Of a stretch of 64,000 nucleotides of DNA, positions 41,288 to 53,668 are shown one piece after another. The position numbers and the translations under genes were made by a program. Each line of letters starts with the position of its first letter. The stretch's first letter is position 1. Location: the NCBI RefSeq assembly GCF_018977255.1, contig NW_024704746.1, forward strand, positions 40,920,001-40,984,000, written 5' to 3'. The DNA is from Callorhinchus milii (taxonomy: Eukaryota). The notes below the pieces were generated by a model. That model did no database searches and was not told the origin of the DNA. It saw nothing but the letters and a program-made list of their open reading frames with translations.

Positions 41288-41530
41288 AGTTCACAAGAAA
41301 GGTTACGGATGAAGAAAACTTTTCAGCCCATTTAATCCTTCCAGAACGTCCACTTTCCCATCCTCCCATAAATGCAGCAAGCTTTTTAAAAAATAAACCC
41401 AGTGCCTTGGCCTCAACCATCTTTCCTGGTAACCTGTTCCAGTCATTAATTATCCTCTGGGTAAAGAAATACTTCCTAGTATCTGAGCTGAAATTGCCCT
41501 TTGCAACTCTAAACCTAAGTCCTTTTGTTC
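41288..41530 (-). mobile_element. CR1 3' end fragment
   Basis: Minus strand agggcaatttcagctcagatactaggaagtatttctttacccagaggataattaatgactggaacagg (RKYFFTQRIINDWN motif). Confidence 0.85.
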
Positions 41531-44379
41531 CACTGTATGTAAAGAAAGATGGAACTAGAAAAGGTTAGTTTTGTACGGTCAACTCTTTCGCAAAAAAGTA
41601 CCCTCATCGACTTAACTCATGCATCTTACAAGTAGGGAAAATGTATTGTATTATTAGTTATGAGTCCCAAAGTAATCCAATAAAAAAAACTCCAGAATAT
41701 TCATCCAAGTCCACACTGTGGACAGAAAAATGGGGGATGTGATTTAATCATACAAAGGATAGCACCTCCAACAGCTCAATAAACCTCCAGTACTGCATTG
41801 AAGTGTCAGCTCACACTAAGAGCTCAGGTTTTCATGCAAGGTTTGAATCCACAACCTACTGACTCAGAGGTGAAATGCTATCCACTAACTAAAGGAAGTG
41901 ACAGCAACTGAATAAACACCACCGCCTTTCTGGTTTATTCCTCTTCAATTCCATCAGAGTGAAGTTAGTCTATAAGCAGCAGAACTTTTTTTTAAGGAAA
42001 GAAACTATTTTCCATTCCATTTTGTACGAGTAACGGTAACCAAATAGAAAGCAAAATCTGCGTTGGTTTTGCTGAATTAAAATCCATCCTGAATGGGAAG
42101 GGATGTATGTCTGAGCTGCGGAAGTAAGATAGTGGCAATGCTCTCGTTCTGGGAGCATTTCATGCTGAGATGTGTTGTCCACCAGGAAGCTTGCAGGAAG
42201 TTCCTGGTACCTACCATCCACCTAGTGAGGGCTCAATCCTGCACTTATCGGATGTCAAACAATCAACCAGTGACTATCCTCTTGGTGGGGTGGGGGGGAG
42301 GAGGTAAGCGGGGTCTCCCTGGACCGAGGTGATATGTTTGACAACGGAATGTTTGCATTCAGACCACTCTCTATGGCACCACTCTCTGTGAACCAGTTCC
42401 TGAGCCATATGGGTTCACAGGGCACAGCACAGCCAGCCTGGCTAATCGGTACGGCTTGGAAAGGCAGAGCAGTCACTGGGGGCAGGGGTTCTTCCCTTTC
42501 AGTTCCTTCTAACCCTACAGGTTTTTAGGAGGATACAGAGGAAAGGCGGTCGAGCTCGTGGAGGAATGTGAAAGTGAGTATGAGGACATTATCGACTTAT
42601 TGAGGCGTGGGACATTATGTGTGAGAGAGACATATTCTGCTAAGGAAAACAAAAGAGAAACAGTAAATGGACATTCAATTTTCGTACTCAACTTGTGAAA
42701 GGAAGACATTTTCTGCCTTTTCATAAAGGCACAAAGTTATATAAACCTGCGTGTTTTTAAAGAAAATAGTCTCTTATTATTCTAATTATCCCATAGGTTT
42801 TAGAGATGGATCATACTTTGCAAATGTGTTAAAGGTTATTCACAAATAAACATCTAATTTGGAATAATTTTATGCAGCTGCCAGAACCAACAAGACCAGT
42901 GTTATGAAGAGATGTTTTTAAAGACATTGTAGAATCTCCTGAGATTGTCATTTGTAATTGAACTTACTTTTTTCTTGTTTTCTTACTATCAGGACAAAAT
43001 GTGTGCAAGAATTTGACAATGACGAGGGCTGATTCAGTGAAAAGAAGCATGAATCTGGTATTAGCAGCATTATCTTCTAGTTTCCAATTCAAAATTCAAA
43101 AATTCAAACAGGTATGTTGTACAGGAAGAAACATTTGTTTTGTGTGTTTCCTAAGGGAATATTAAATAATGTAATATATGGTACAGTATTTGCCCAGCTA
43201 GGACTGCTCTAGCTGTTGGGGATTTTTGCTTGCAGGGCTGAGCGCATCTCTATACCTTGATGTCTGCTTTGAATTACTGTAGAGTTTCAGCAGAAAGGGG
43301 ATTCTCAGAGCCAGTTCAACCCCAGGCTGAAGAATAACATTCCAGGCCCTAGGCTGTTGGCGTGATGTTGGCAGCAAAGACTATCTCACAGCCAAGTGAA
43401 CAAATCAAATTCTTCGCTGCAAAATAAACACAAACTTCCCTTCAGCACAGTTTCTATTCATTCTAAACTTCAATTACCTTGATGCAGCAGGATGCTAGAC
43501 AGAGGAAGTCCTTGTAACTGTAAACCATTTTTCTACAAACCACAAACAACAAAAAATACAGGTTACCATTGCACATGTCAAGTGAACAAATTGCACTTGT
43601 CGTGAGCAATGACACTGACAGCCATTGATTACAAAAAAATTGAAAGACAAAACTCCATGTATAATGGATGAAATATATTTGCAAAAAAAGATAGCAGGAG
43701 GGAGTTCATGACAGTAATTTAATCTTGGGGACAGATGATGGCTATAAACTGCCCAACCTTTGCTCTAGTGACATACAGTAATTTGAATGCCTGGATTATA
43801 TTATTGCCCTGTATCCATTATCCTATGTATAATTAAGAGTCAATTCATTTTGCTGACAATTCTTTTGTTCTTTTTTTTATATACACATGCAGACAGACAC
43901 ACTGTATGACCCGGCAGGTACTAAAGTGAGTTTAATGAGTCAGTGTTGCTTTGTCTGCATAGGACAGCTGTGCTTAAAGCTTTCTAACATTAATCAGACA
44001 CAATGCAGAGCCCTGCAAAGTTGCAACATATGCCATCTTGTTATTACAGACTTGACCAGCACTGCGTTTTCATTACATACATGGCTAAGGCCATGCTGTC
44101 ATTAGGACAAGTCCTGCAAAATGATGTACTTTCACATCAAAAATGATTCTTTACATTATTAATGACGAACATGAAAACTGATTCTGAACGCTGATTAATG
44201 ACAACTTAGTTGAGTCATCAACAATGAAACAAAAATGCTGATTGGTGTGGACATTTGTAGAAAAATTATGAATGAATAGTATTGATGTAACTAAATGTCC
44301 AATTTAATCATAGCATGAGAAAGCACAGAACAAGATAAGGTTATTCAATCTGAAACAAGTCCCATATAGTCATCAGTCT

Positions 44380-44590
44380 CCGCCCACACCTAGCCCATGC
44401 CCTGACCTGAGCCTCCCTGTCTCACCTGTGCTCCCTGCCCCCACCTGCCTCTGGACCTCATCTGAGCACCTCACCTAGAGCCCTCGCCTTCACTGGCTCC
44501 CTGCCCTCACCTGAGCACGCACCTGGCTCCCTGCCCTCATCTGAGCACCCACCCTTACCTGCACCCCCCCCCCACCACCCTCACCTGAAA
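44380..44590. repeat. Degenerate C-rich minisatellite (unit about ctccctgccctcacctgagcac)
   Basis: Repeated cctgccctcacctgagc-like units visible. Confidence 0.8.
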
Positions 44591-45312
44591 ACCTTAGCAT
44601 TTCTCAACCAACACGCCAGGCCCCAGGAGCAGCAGCATCTCCCACTGAGCATTTATTCACTTCAGGCTGCACCTATCCCTAAATCCTTCAGTACTGTTAC
44701 CATGGATACCTTTTCGGAACAAGAAAAACAGAAAAAACAAATGTGCAAAGTTGTAATTTGTAACTTTGTTACTGGCCTCTGGGGAAGGTATGTTCAGGCC
44801 AGTGAGTGCAAAAGCACTTCGCTGGCCGGCACACGTATTTGTTCCCAGACAAAAGAGCATCCAAGTAAAGAAACGGGTATCAAATGGTTTCCAATTTGGA
44901 AAACATATATGCTTAAATGTTTGGAACTGTGACAGAACTACATATAACTTTGCATCCTGAAATGATACAAACCTGTTTTGGAAATTGGCTAAGTGTTTTG
45001 GAAATTTGATTCCATTTCTCGTAATTCCCTGAACCCAAGCTGCACAGCACAGCAAACGTAGAGTACATCTGAGCAAGTGAATTAAAACACAAGGAAACAT
45101 GATCTCCTTATTGAACTCACTATAAACTTAGTTAAAAAGCAGAGATACAAGAGGTTTTAGCAATAGTTACCGTGAGGCTTAGCAGCTCACTTCAGTTAGC
45201 GTAGTTCCCAGCTTGGATTGCCCTAACCTTTGGGGGTACGGCTTACTGACTTGGACATATCTACATCTCCAAATCTCTTTATAAGCCATGCAGGCCAGTC
45301 AACCAGTCCTAT

Positions 45313-45476
45313 GGAGTTGTTCTGTAACTCAGTGGTTAGAACACTCGCCTCGCAATTGGCACCCACGTTTTGCCCACAAAATATACAGTCAATTCACTTT
45401 ACAGTATATTTTGTGAAGTGCTTTCAGATGTCTCGAAGATGTGATAAGCTGCTACATCAAATGCAATGATTATTAT
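45313..45476 (+). mobile_element. Internally deleted family A SINE
   Basis: Head ...acactcgcctcgcaa fused directly to the Deu segment (cgcaa)ttggc... Confidence 0.85.
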
Positions 45477-48400
45477 AAGGATTATTTATTATAACCATTC
45501 ACAATGCTTTAGATTACTGCAGGACTGATCAGGAGCATTCTTTTAAGAAAACAGCTTGATGCTGTGATGGGAATATGGTACAGTATTCTGAAAGAATGAG
45601 ATCAAATGGGTTGAAAAGCCTTCTTCACCTGAATCAATCCTTTGATCGTCTCTGTAGAGCTGGTGCAACCCTAGGGACACCCCTTTATCTCCTCCTAAAG
45701 AGTGTATTTATTATATATTTTGATATAAATATTTGTGACATCAATGAAATTTATGCGAATGCACCACAGAGCAGAAAATTGAAGCAATGGAATATATGCA
45801 TAAAATACGTTATTTATAAATTTTTGTACGTTCATGTAACTCAAATCAAGAGGAAACTACAACTCTCAAAAGGAAACCACAGCTAAGAAATGAAGACTGT
45901 TCTGCGGATTAAGAAACACACTAGCAAACAGTGGACATAATAAGCTTGATCCAAAAGGATATAGATACACAGGAACACAAGCGCTGAGATGGCAGATAAT
46001 GTATCTGTCAAAATAATTTTGATTTAACTTGCAGCATTACAGCACTCACGCTGCTACACAATTAGGGAAAATTAATTGATGGGAGGCATTAATCAGCGTT
46101 GACACAATAAAGAGACTTTGCTGGTGATAACCCTGCCTGTTACTTGTTATGAGCTACAGCTGTCACATCAGCAATAGAGGCTGCAACACAATTAGAGACC
46201 TTCATCTTCAGATCGCAACATGTTCATTGATGACAACGTGTTCATTGTTGATATTGAGACCTCCCTTCTTTTTTTGACTAGTGAATAAGATCTTTAACGT
46301 CCTGTTGAACAGGTAGACTGGACCTCAGTTTAATCCCAGAGGACAGCACCTCCAAAGATGCAGCACTAGCCCAGAACTGCATTGGAGTGTCAGGCTTGAA
46401 CCAACAATCTTCTAACATAGAGGTGAAGATGGTACTATTGAACCGGGGTGACATATTGTTGTGTAGTGTACGATACTGGGTGTATCTCATGACGTGTGGT
46501 TATAAAAGGTCACAGTAGGTGTAAAGTATTGCTATACAATTTTTCTTCCCAAAACTGGGACAATTTCACTGTAAATAGCCTTTCCTTAAATCATCTCTCC
46601 TTTATTACAATTATTTAGTTCAGATCACTTGACATTTTCCAAGTCAGTAAGTTGTTTTTCCCTCAGCTGGAGTAGCATTCTGCCTCTCCTTTACCTAATG
46701 GGAATGTGTGAATGAGAAATGCCTACTTAGACTGCCAGAAAGTCTGCAAGCACTACAGTAGACAGTTACAGGTCTTCCCCAAATATACACAATAGGGTAT
46801 ACTATGCAGAGATTTCCAACAGGATTCCTTAATAAAGAAACCACTAATATATCACACCGACTTGCAGGAACGCCAGTCTGAAGCCCTGCACTTCCAGAGT
46901 GGAATTCCCACAGTTACCAGAGCGGAACAAGTTTTCCCTCATATTCCTTGTCTGTACATTTATTATTAAAGGATTCTCCACAGCACGCACCATTTTTACG
47001 CTCTTTTCAGGCAGTGAAATTACAACAACAGCAAAAAAGAACAGTTTGACCTTTTCTAAGAGTACAGTGGCCTGAAATGTCTTTTTTTTGATAAACTGAA
47101 TACAGCTACATAAGGTGTTCCCACAGTAAACTTTTCTCCTCTCACACACGTTTTCTGGTCTTGCCTCCGAATGAATTGATATTTGCTGAATGATTTGCTA
47201 TTTACTGTTTGCGGCATATTACTGATATTGTTGTGTGCAAATTGTTTGCTTCATTTGCCAAGCGTTAAGCGATGTAAAAGGCTACGTAAATGTAAACTGT
47301 ATCGTCCAAAAGCACAGTCAGTACATTTCACAGTAAATCCTGTGAAGCATTTTGAAGTATACTACTGACGTGAAAGGTGCTATACAGTATGAAATGTAGG
47401 GATTATTAATTTGTATGATTTCAAGGTAGATTATAGGTCTAAAACAATAATTATTATTGTGTTTTTGATGGGCAGCTAATATGTCATCATCAATCCCAAT
47501 GAAAGTTGCACGCTCAGCATTCTGCAAGTGCATTGTTGTGCTTTCTAAGCCACTCACAACTTAATTCAGAAAAATTAAGCTTTTGTCCATTTATCCACTT
47601 TTCTGGCAATGCGCATGAGAGGGCCTATAGCTGGAAACAAAAACCTTGTTACCTGGTTGACTATTTCGAAAATGATGATAATTGCTACCAGGCTAAGGCA
47701 TTGCAGAATCTAGAGTTTTACCTACACCTACTGTGACCTTTCGTAACAACACATCACGAGATACACCTAGTATTGTATATTGCACAATAATCCCGTTCAC
47801 ACCCTATATCACGTAATGAAACCAATAATTGAGCATTGGGTACTGCCCCATATTTCTGCGAATCACCATCAGATCCCACTTTTCTTTTTTAGCAAAGTCT
47901 ATCCTTTCTATTTCCTCTTGCAAACGAACAATCCCCCCAAGGGATTTCCATTGGTTTTCTGCAATGGAGAATGAATCACAAATATACTGCCATTTCTTGA
48001 GCTTGTATATTTGAACACAGCTTTTCAAACTGCTTTATAATTCAGCCTTTTCGTACCAAAATTTGTCATTTTCCTTTATAAAAAATGCACATGGCTTATT
48101 ATTGATTATTTCACAAATTACAAACAAATTCTCTGCTCTTTACAGGTTGCGTGTCTATTGCTCTCCACTTGGAAGCAGATTTGCCTCAAACCACAGCCAC
48201 ACCCAATTGCTGGAATATATTTATAATCTTGGCTCAAGGCCTACATGTAACAATACCCATGGCTGCAGTGCACGCTTCATGCTTAAACACCCTCTGCAAT
48301 GCCAGTAAGATGCTCACAGCATAATGACTGACACAAAGCAATGATTTGTACTGATTGAATGATAAACAGTGGAAAAATTGTGCAATGTGTACATCATTTC

Positions 48401-49764
48401 AAAGTTAAGCGGAGACAACATCCAGCTGATTATGAATAAATAGATGGAATGTAGTTTAATTCCCTAAGGTCCCTAAATTGCAGCAATTATGTACTACAGC
48501 TAAACATAAGAGAGGGACAGAGCTATTTTTCCTAAATGCAGTCAGTTATTTTGTTTCAAAGGATTTTCACCTGCCACACAGTTTTTGAAAACGACTTATT
48601 TTGAAAAACACTGATCTTGGTTTCAGTTCGGCTCAGTTGGTAGCATACTTGTTTCTAGGCAAGAAGTTTGTAGGTTCTATCCTTTAGCTCATAGATTTGG
48701 TTGATAGGCCATTGCACCGCTGTGAGAATACTACACTGTTGAAGTTACATTCCTTCAGATTATATAGAATCACATTGAGAGGGAAGTCAGTGTGTGTGGA
48801 TAGACTGGAGTGTAGAGTGAAGACAGTCAGTGTGCACAATGTAGACAAGCTGTTCAAGTGAATCCAATCGATAGACTTTTAAAACGTTCACTGGCTTGAC
48901 TTGAACAGCTTTTGATCAAATAACATTAAACATACCCTGAATACAGAACCAAGAGATTGAGATGAGACACATTAGTTGAAGGGCTCAACTTGATAATGAG
49001 GTCTGACAATGTAGTCTAACAATTTAAGTATGAAAGAGTCTGTACACAATTCCCTAGTGAAGTAGACAGAGAAGTTCTTTATTGTTTAAATTATTGTTTT
49101 GTTCAGGCATTATAGACATCATCATTTTGAGTTTAATGAGAATGACCTTTAAGCCTAGTAATGGCCATTATGCCAAATTATGTTATTACTGTTAGCAATC
49201 GCAATCCCATAGATCTCACTACTGGGCTCTGTTTTTGCTTTGTTGTGTTGGGCGGTGGTTGCTGTCTGCACTCTGACAGCACTCTTCAACATTTTCTTTG
49301 TAAGCCGTTGCATCACCTGTGCTCACACACCTAAGCTTTACCTTTAGTCATTGGGTGAGTTGTCTTTGAAATTGTGGATCGCCTGATGTCAACCTGGCTT
49401 TGTATTGGTTGAGTTAAATGCAGTGTCAGCAATTGGCCCCGACTGGCAATTAGTTCCAAAGATGGATGAGGAGCGCTATGTAGTCACTGACATAATACTT
49501 GGAAGTTACAGTATTACTGTAACGCAGAGTAGCATGACAGTGCACCTGTCTTGAAGTCCTCTTATTCAGGGACAATGGGGAGCAGCTTTAAAGAAACTTC
49601 ACAACGAATGTCATCTGCGATCTTCTCCCAGATTACTCGTCTGCTTGCTCTTTTGTTCGGCTAACTTGGGTTTGCTGCTCAAACTCCCCCCCCCACCACC
49701 CCCTTACCCCACCCTCCGCTAACCTGTATACTCCAATCTTTGAGCAGTTAAACCCTTTCTATAT

Positions 49765-50237
49765 TGGCATCTCAAACCTGTACATACATGTATAATCAAG
49801 ATGTACCTGTCCCCCATTGAACACGGATAGAATTTCCTTTATTGTGGAGTCCTGTAGCTTACTGGTTAGAGCGCTCGCCTCACAAGCATGAGGACCTGGG
49901 TTCGATTCCCAGGCAGGGCGAAACATTAGGCAAGTTTCCTTACGCCACACGCCTCTGTTTACCTAGCAGTAAGTAGGAACCCATTGTCGATTGTCGAATC
50001 ACTTTTCCGGGGTTAATAATTCCTTCAAAAATTTTTTAAAATAATAATAATAATAATAATTTGGTCACTCAATCCACGACTGTTTGTGGAACACTGCTGC
50101 GTGCAATTGGCTGCCACATTTTGTCCACAAAATATATTGTCAATTCACTTTATAGTTTATTCTGTGAAGTGCTTTGAGCTCAAAGATGTGATAAGGTGCT
50201 ATATCAAATGCAAGGATTATTATTAAATTATTATTAT
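49765..50237 (+). mobile_element. Family A SINE, long form, with 5' leader (49765-49845)
   Basis: Head from 49846; internal gcctctgtttacctagcagtaagtaggaaccc block; (tta)n tail. Confidence 0.92.
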
Positions 50238-50987
50238 AAAGAAACTCCACCACAAACACCCTCCTGGGCTCTGTGGTAGGGCCAAATGATGGATAAGCGT
50301 TGCAATAAGATTTCAATCTCTTCTCTTTTTCTAAAAAAAAAGCACAATTTACAGTCTGTTGGATACTTACAAAAACTTCAGGAAAGATTTATGTGGATTG
50401 AGATAAGATGGTGGAGGTGTTCTGTAAATCTAAAGTACAACAAAATTGCAATTTATTTCAATCAATATGAATAGAACTTGTTCTTCTCCAACAAGATCTA
50501 TTTGCTCTGCTTCCCCTTTTAAATATTTAAATAGGATCAGTGGATACGTGAATTTAAGGTTCAAATTCCACTCTGTGGGCTTTCCAGCTAATTCACCGTC
50601 ACGCACAGACTTGTAAAACCACTTCCTTGTAGTGAACTTGTTTGAACACAAGCACTGTCCAGGAGAGTTCAGAAAGAACACTGAAGTATGGGAAATGTCT
50701 CCAGTTCACATTCCTCATGAACAGCATTAGTTACAGAAATGAGCCAGCTAGTCAAGACAGTGTGTACTAATATAATAAAATAGTTGCATTCCCAGAAAGA
50801 GTTGAGATGAAAAATGGCTCTCTCTCTTTAACTTTGAATTTGCTTTTGTTCCATCTACTATGAGTTTGAAAAAACATTGCAAAATTGTTTTACGCTGGAA
50901 TGAAGGGCTTCAGGCTGATTAAAGATTGGGGTACAACAAGAAAGTAAATAGGAAGCTTCCTTGTTGCTTGTCCAGCTAGGACCATCT

Positions 50988-52800
50988 ACAACAACAACTT
51001 GCATTTATATAGGCCCCTCCACACTGGGTGGCTTCCCAGAACTCTTAACAATGGTGGAGCCTAATGCTGAGCCACGGGGAGGGGGAAGGTGACCATAGAC
51101 ACGGTTGAAGAGGAAGTTCTTCAGGCGCAACCTGAAAATAGGGGGAGAAGGGGCAAGGCGGAGGAATTGAGCGAAGGAGTTTCATAGCTTCGGGGCGCAG
51201 TGGCTGAAGGTATAGCTGCCGGTGGTGGAGTGGAGGATTCAATGGACGCGGAAGCAGTAGAGCGGAGGCAGACCTTGGGGTACCCCGCAGGTGACCGGGC
51301 GGAGATGAGAAGAAAAGCCTGAGGCGGTTGATGGAGGACAGGCGGCAGAGGAGGATGGCGTGATCAACTGTGTTGAACGCGACAGAGAGGTCCAGGATGA
51401 GGAGGCAGTGGGAGCCCTGGTCACAGATAGAGAGGACATCGTTTGTGACTTTCACAAGCATTGTCTCTGTACTGTAGGCAGGGCAGAAACTGGACAGGAG
51501 CGGTTTGAGTAGGGAGTTGAGGGAGAGGTGTGCACAAAGTTGGTGGCAACAATGCGTTCCAAAACTTTGTCCAGGAAGGGCAGATTTGAAATAGAGAAGT
51601 AGTGCATGAGGTTGGAGGGATCAAGGGTAGGTTTTTTTAAGGAGGGGGTGGTGACGACGGAGGTTTTGAGGGAGAGTGGGACTGATCCTGAGGAGAGGGA
51701 CTGATTAATGGTGTCTGCCAATAGTGGGCAGAGGAGGGGGAGTCGAGTGATCAGCAGAGGTGGGTGGGGAGGGGGCTGAGGCAGCAGGTGGTGGGTTTCA
51801 TCAGGGTGATGGAGGATGAGAGGGAGGAAGGAGAGATGGGGCTAAAGGAATGTAGGATAAGGGCCATGATAGGAGCTGAGCGGAGGTGAGGTGGGTGAAG
51901 GAGACAGAATGGAGAGGGGGTTGCTAGGGAACACAGGGCAGGAGGATGAGGCTGCCAGGCGGATGTTTTCTATTTTAGAGGTTAGAAAGTCCATAATCTC
52001 TTCACACTTGGGTTTTGAAATAATGATTCAGGGTGCATGAGGGGGCACACGGAGGAGGTGGTGGGTGATGGGGAATAGGATTTTGTAGGATCAAATGCAA
52101 ATGCATCACAGCTGGCGGTGAGCGTGAGGCTGTTTTTTTGCCACCTGCGCTGGAGCAACCAGTTTTGTGATTTTAGGGAGCAGAGATGGCTGTTGTACCA
52201 GGGGAGCGAATGGGTTTGGAGACGGTCCTGGATTTCAAGGGGGACAAGGGAGTTGAGGCGATCATGGAGCAGCTTGATGGCTGAATCACTGGGGGTGGAA
52301 GACCAGAGGAAGAGGAGGTCTGAGGATAGGAGGGCATTTGTGAGGGCCTCGGAGGGAAGCCTTTTCCATGGGCGGAAAAGAATGGTGGAGGGCTTGATGG
52401 AGGGGAGAAGGATGCCAGAGGAGAAGGAGACAAGGAAATGATCTGAGATAGCCTAGCCTTTGATGGACAGACCGGAAAGCTACCCCACCCCCGCAACGGT
52501 TGGGGCGGTGGGGTAGTGAGTGGGATGTATAGCAGGAGGGGAGCCTTCAATGAGGGGGACGGGGTCTCTGGGGAACAGCCAGCTTTCAGTGAGCCCTAGG
52601 GTGTCAATTTGCTCATCCAGGTTGAGGTTTTGGGTGGCAAGGGCTTTGTTTGAGAGAGAGTGGACGTTTTGGAGGGCAATGCGGGTGGGGGCGCTGATGG
52701 GATTGGATGCTGGGGGGAGGGTTTGGTGGGGGGTTTGCAGATTGTGCGAAACAAGGGGTGGGGAGTAGAATTTGGGGGATTTGGGTGGGTGGACTTGATC
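50988..52800 (-). mobile_element. Internally deleted, frameshifted L2 LINE (endonuclease to 3' tail)
   Basis: APE N-terminus IALQNVHSLSNKA...LGLTESWL; RT motifs LKKPTLDPS...ISNLPFLDKVLERIVA, LDLSVAFNTVDH, CGVPQG; then jumps to the 3' end with a tataaatgcaagttgttgttg tail. Confidence 0.93.
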
Positions 52801-52811
52801 GGGTAATCTAC

Positions 52812-53060
52812 TCATTAGAGGTTTAGCTTGAAGGGTTAACAGGAGCTGTATGGGAGGATTCTCTGCCCCCAGTGACTGGACTGCCTCTCCAAGTCCTGTC
52901 GATGAACCAGGCTGGCTGTGTTATCATCAGGAGCCCTGGAATATTAAGTACCCACCGGGCTCAGGAACCGGACTACCGAGATCGCCACAGAGGCCTGGCT
53001 CGATTCCAATATTACATTGCCAGACATGTCATCTTGGAGCCAGTTCAGCTCCAAGTAATA
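52812..53060 (+). repeat. Unclassified dispersed repeat, copy 1
   Basis: Colinear similarity with 59675-59905 (ctgcctct, tatcatcag, ggctcaggaaccggac). Confidence 0.75.
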
Positions 53061-53371
53061 ATAAAGTAGTCACTAATAAAGTACATGCTTCATAACATCC
53101 TGTCATTGCCTCCATTGTTCAATCCTGGCCTCCTTTCCTCTACAGACAACAGTCCTTCCATCTAGGGCTCCAACAGCACATAAGTCAATGCGTTCAATTA
53201 ACTATTTGTTCAGCTCAGTCTGTACTTATCACTGTATTATTTAACATTATTCTCAAGCAGATACTTATCCATTTAGGTTTTTTAATCAACACAGCTCCAA
53301 CTGCTCTCACTGGGAGCCTGGTCCACATATACACTCTGCAGGGAAAACAATTATTTTAATTTCTAGTTCAC

Positions 53372-53668
53372 TAATAATAATAATAATCCTTGGATTTGAT
53401 ATAGCGGTTTTCATGTCTTCTAGACGTCTCAAAGCGCTTTACAGAATATACTGTAAAGTGAATTGACTATATATTTGTGGGCAAAACGCGGCAGCCAATT
53501 GCGCACAGCGGTGTCCCACTAACAGAAGCGGATTGAAGTGACCAATTCTTTTTTGAAGGATTATTATCAGGCGTGTGGAGTAAGGAAACTTGCCCAAGGT
53601 TTCGCCCTGCCTGGAATCAAACCCAGTTCTCTCTCTTGCAAGGCGAGTGCTCTAACCACTGAGCTACA
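53372..53668 (-). mobile_element. Family A SINE, short form
   Basis: Near-consensus full element on the minus strand. Confidence 0.93.

Noticed and set aside
47804-48028. ORF with LGGIVRLQEEIERI
   Set aside because: Faint CR1 RT-like wording only; too weak to call either a gene or an element
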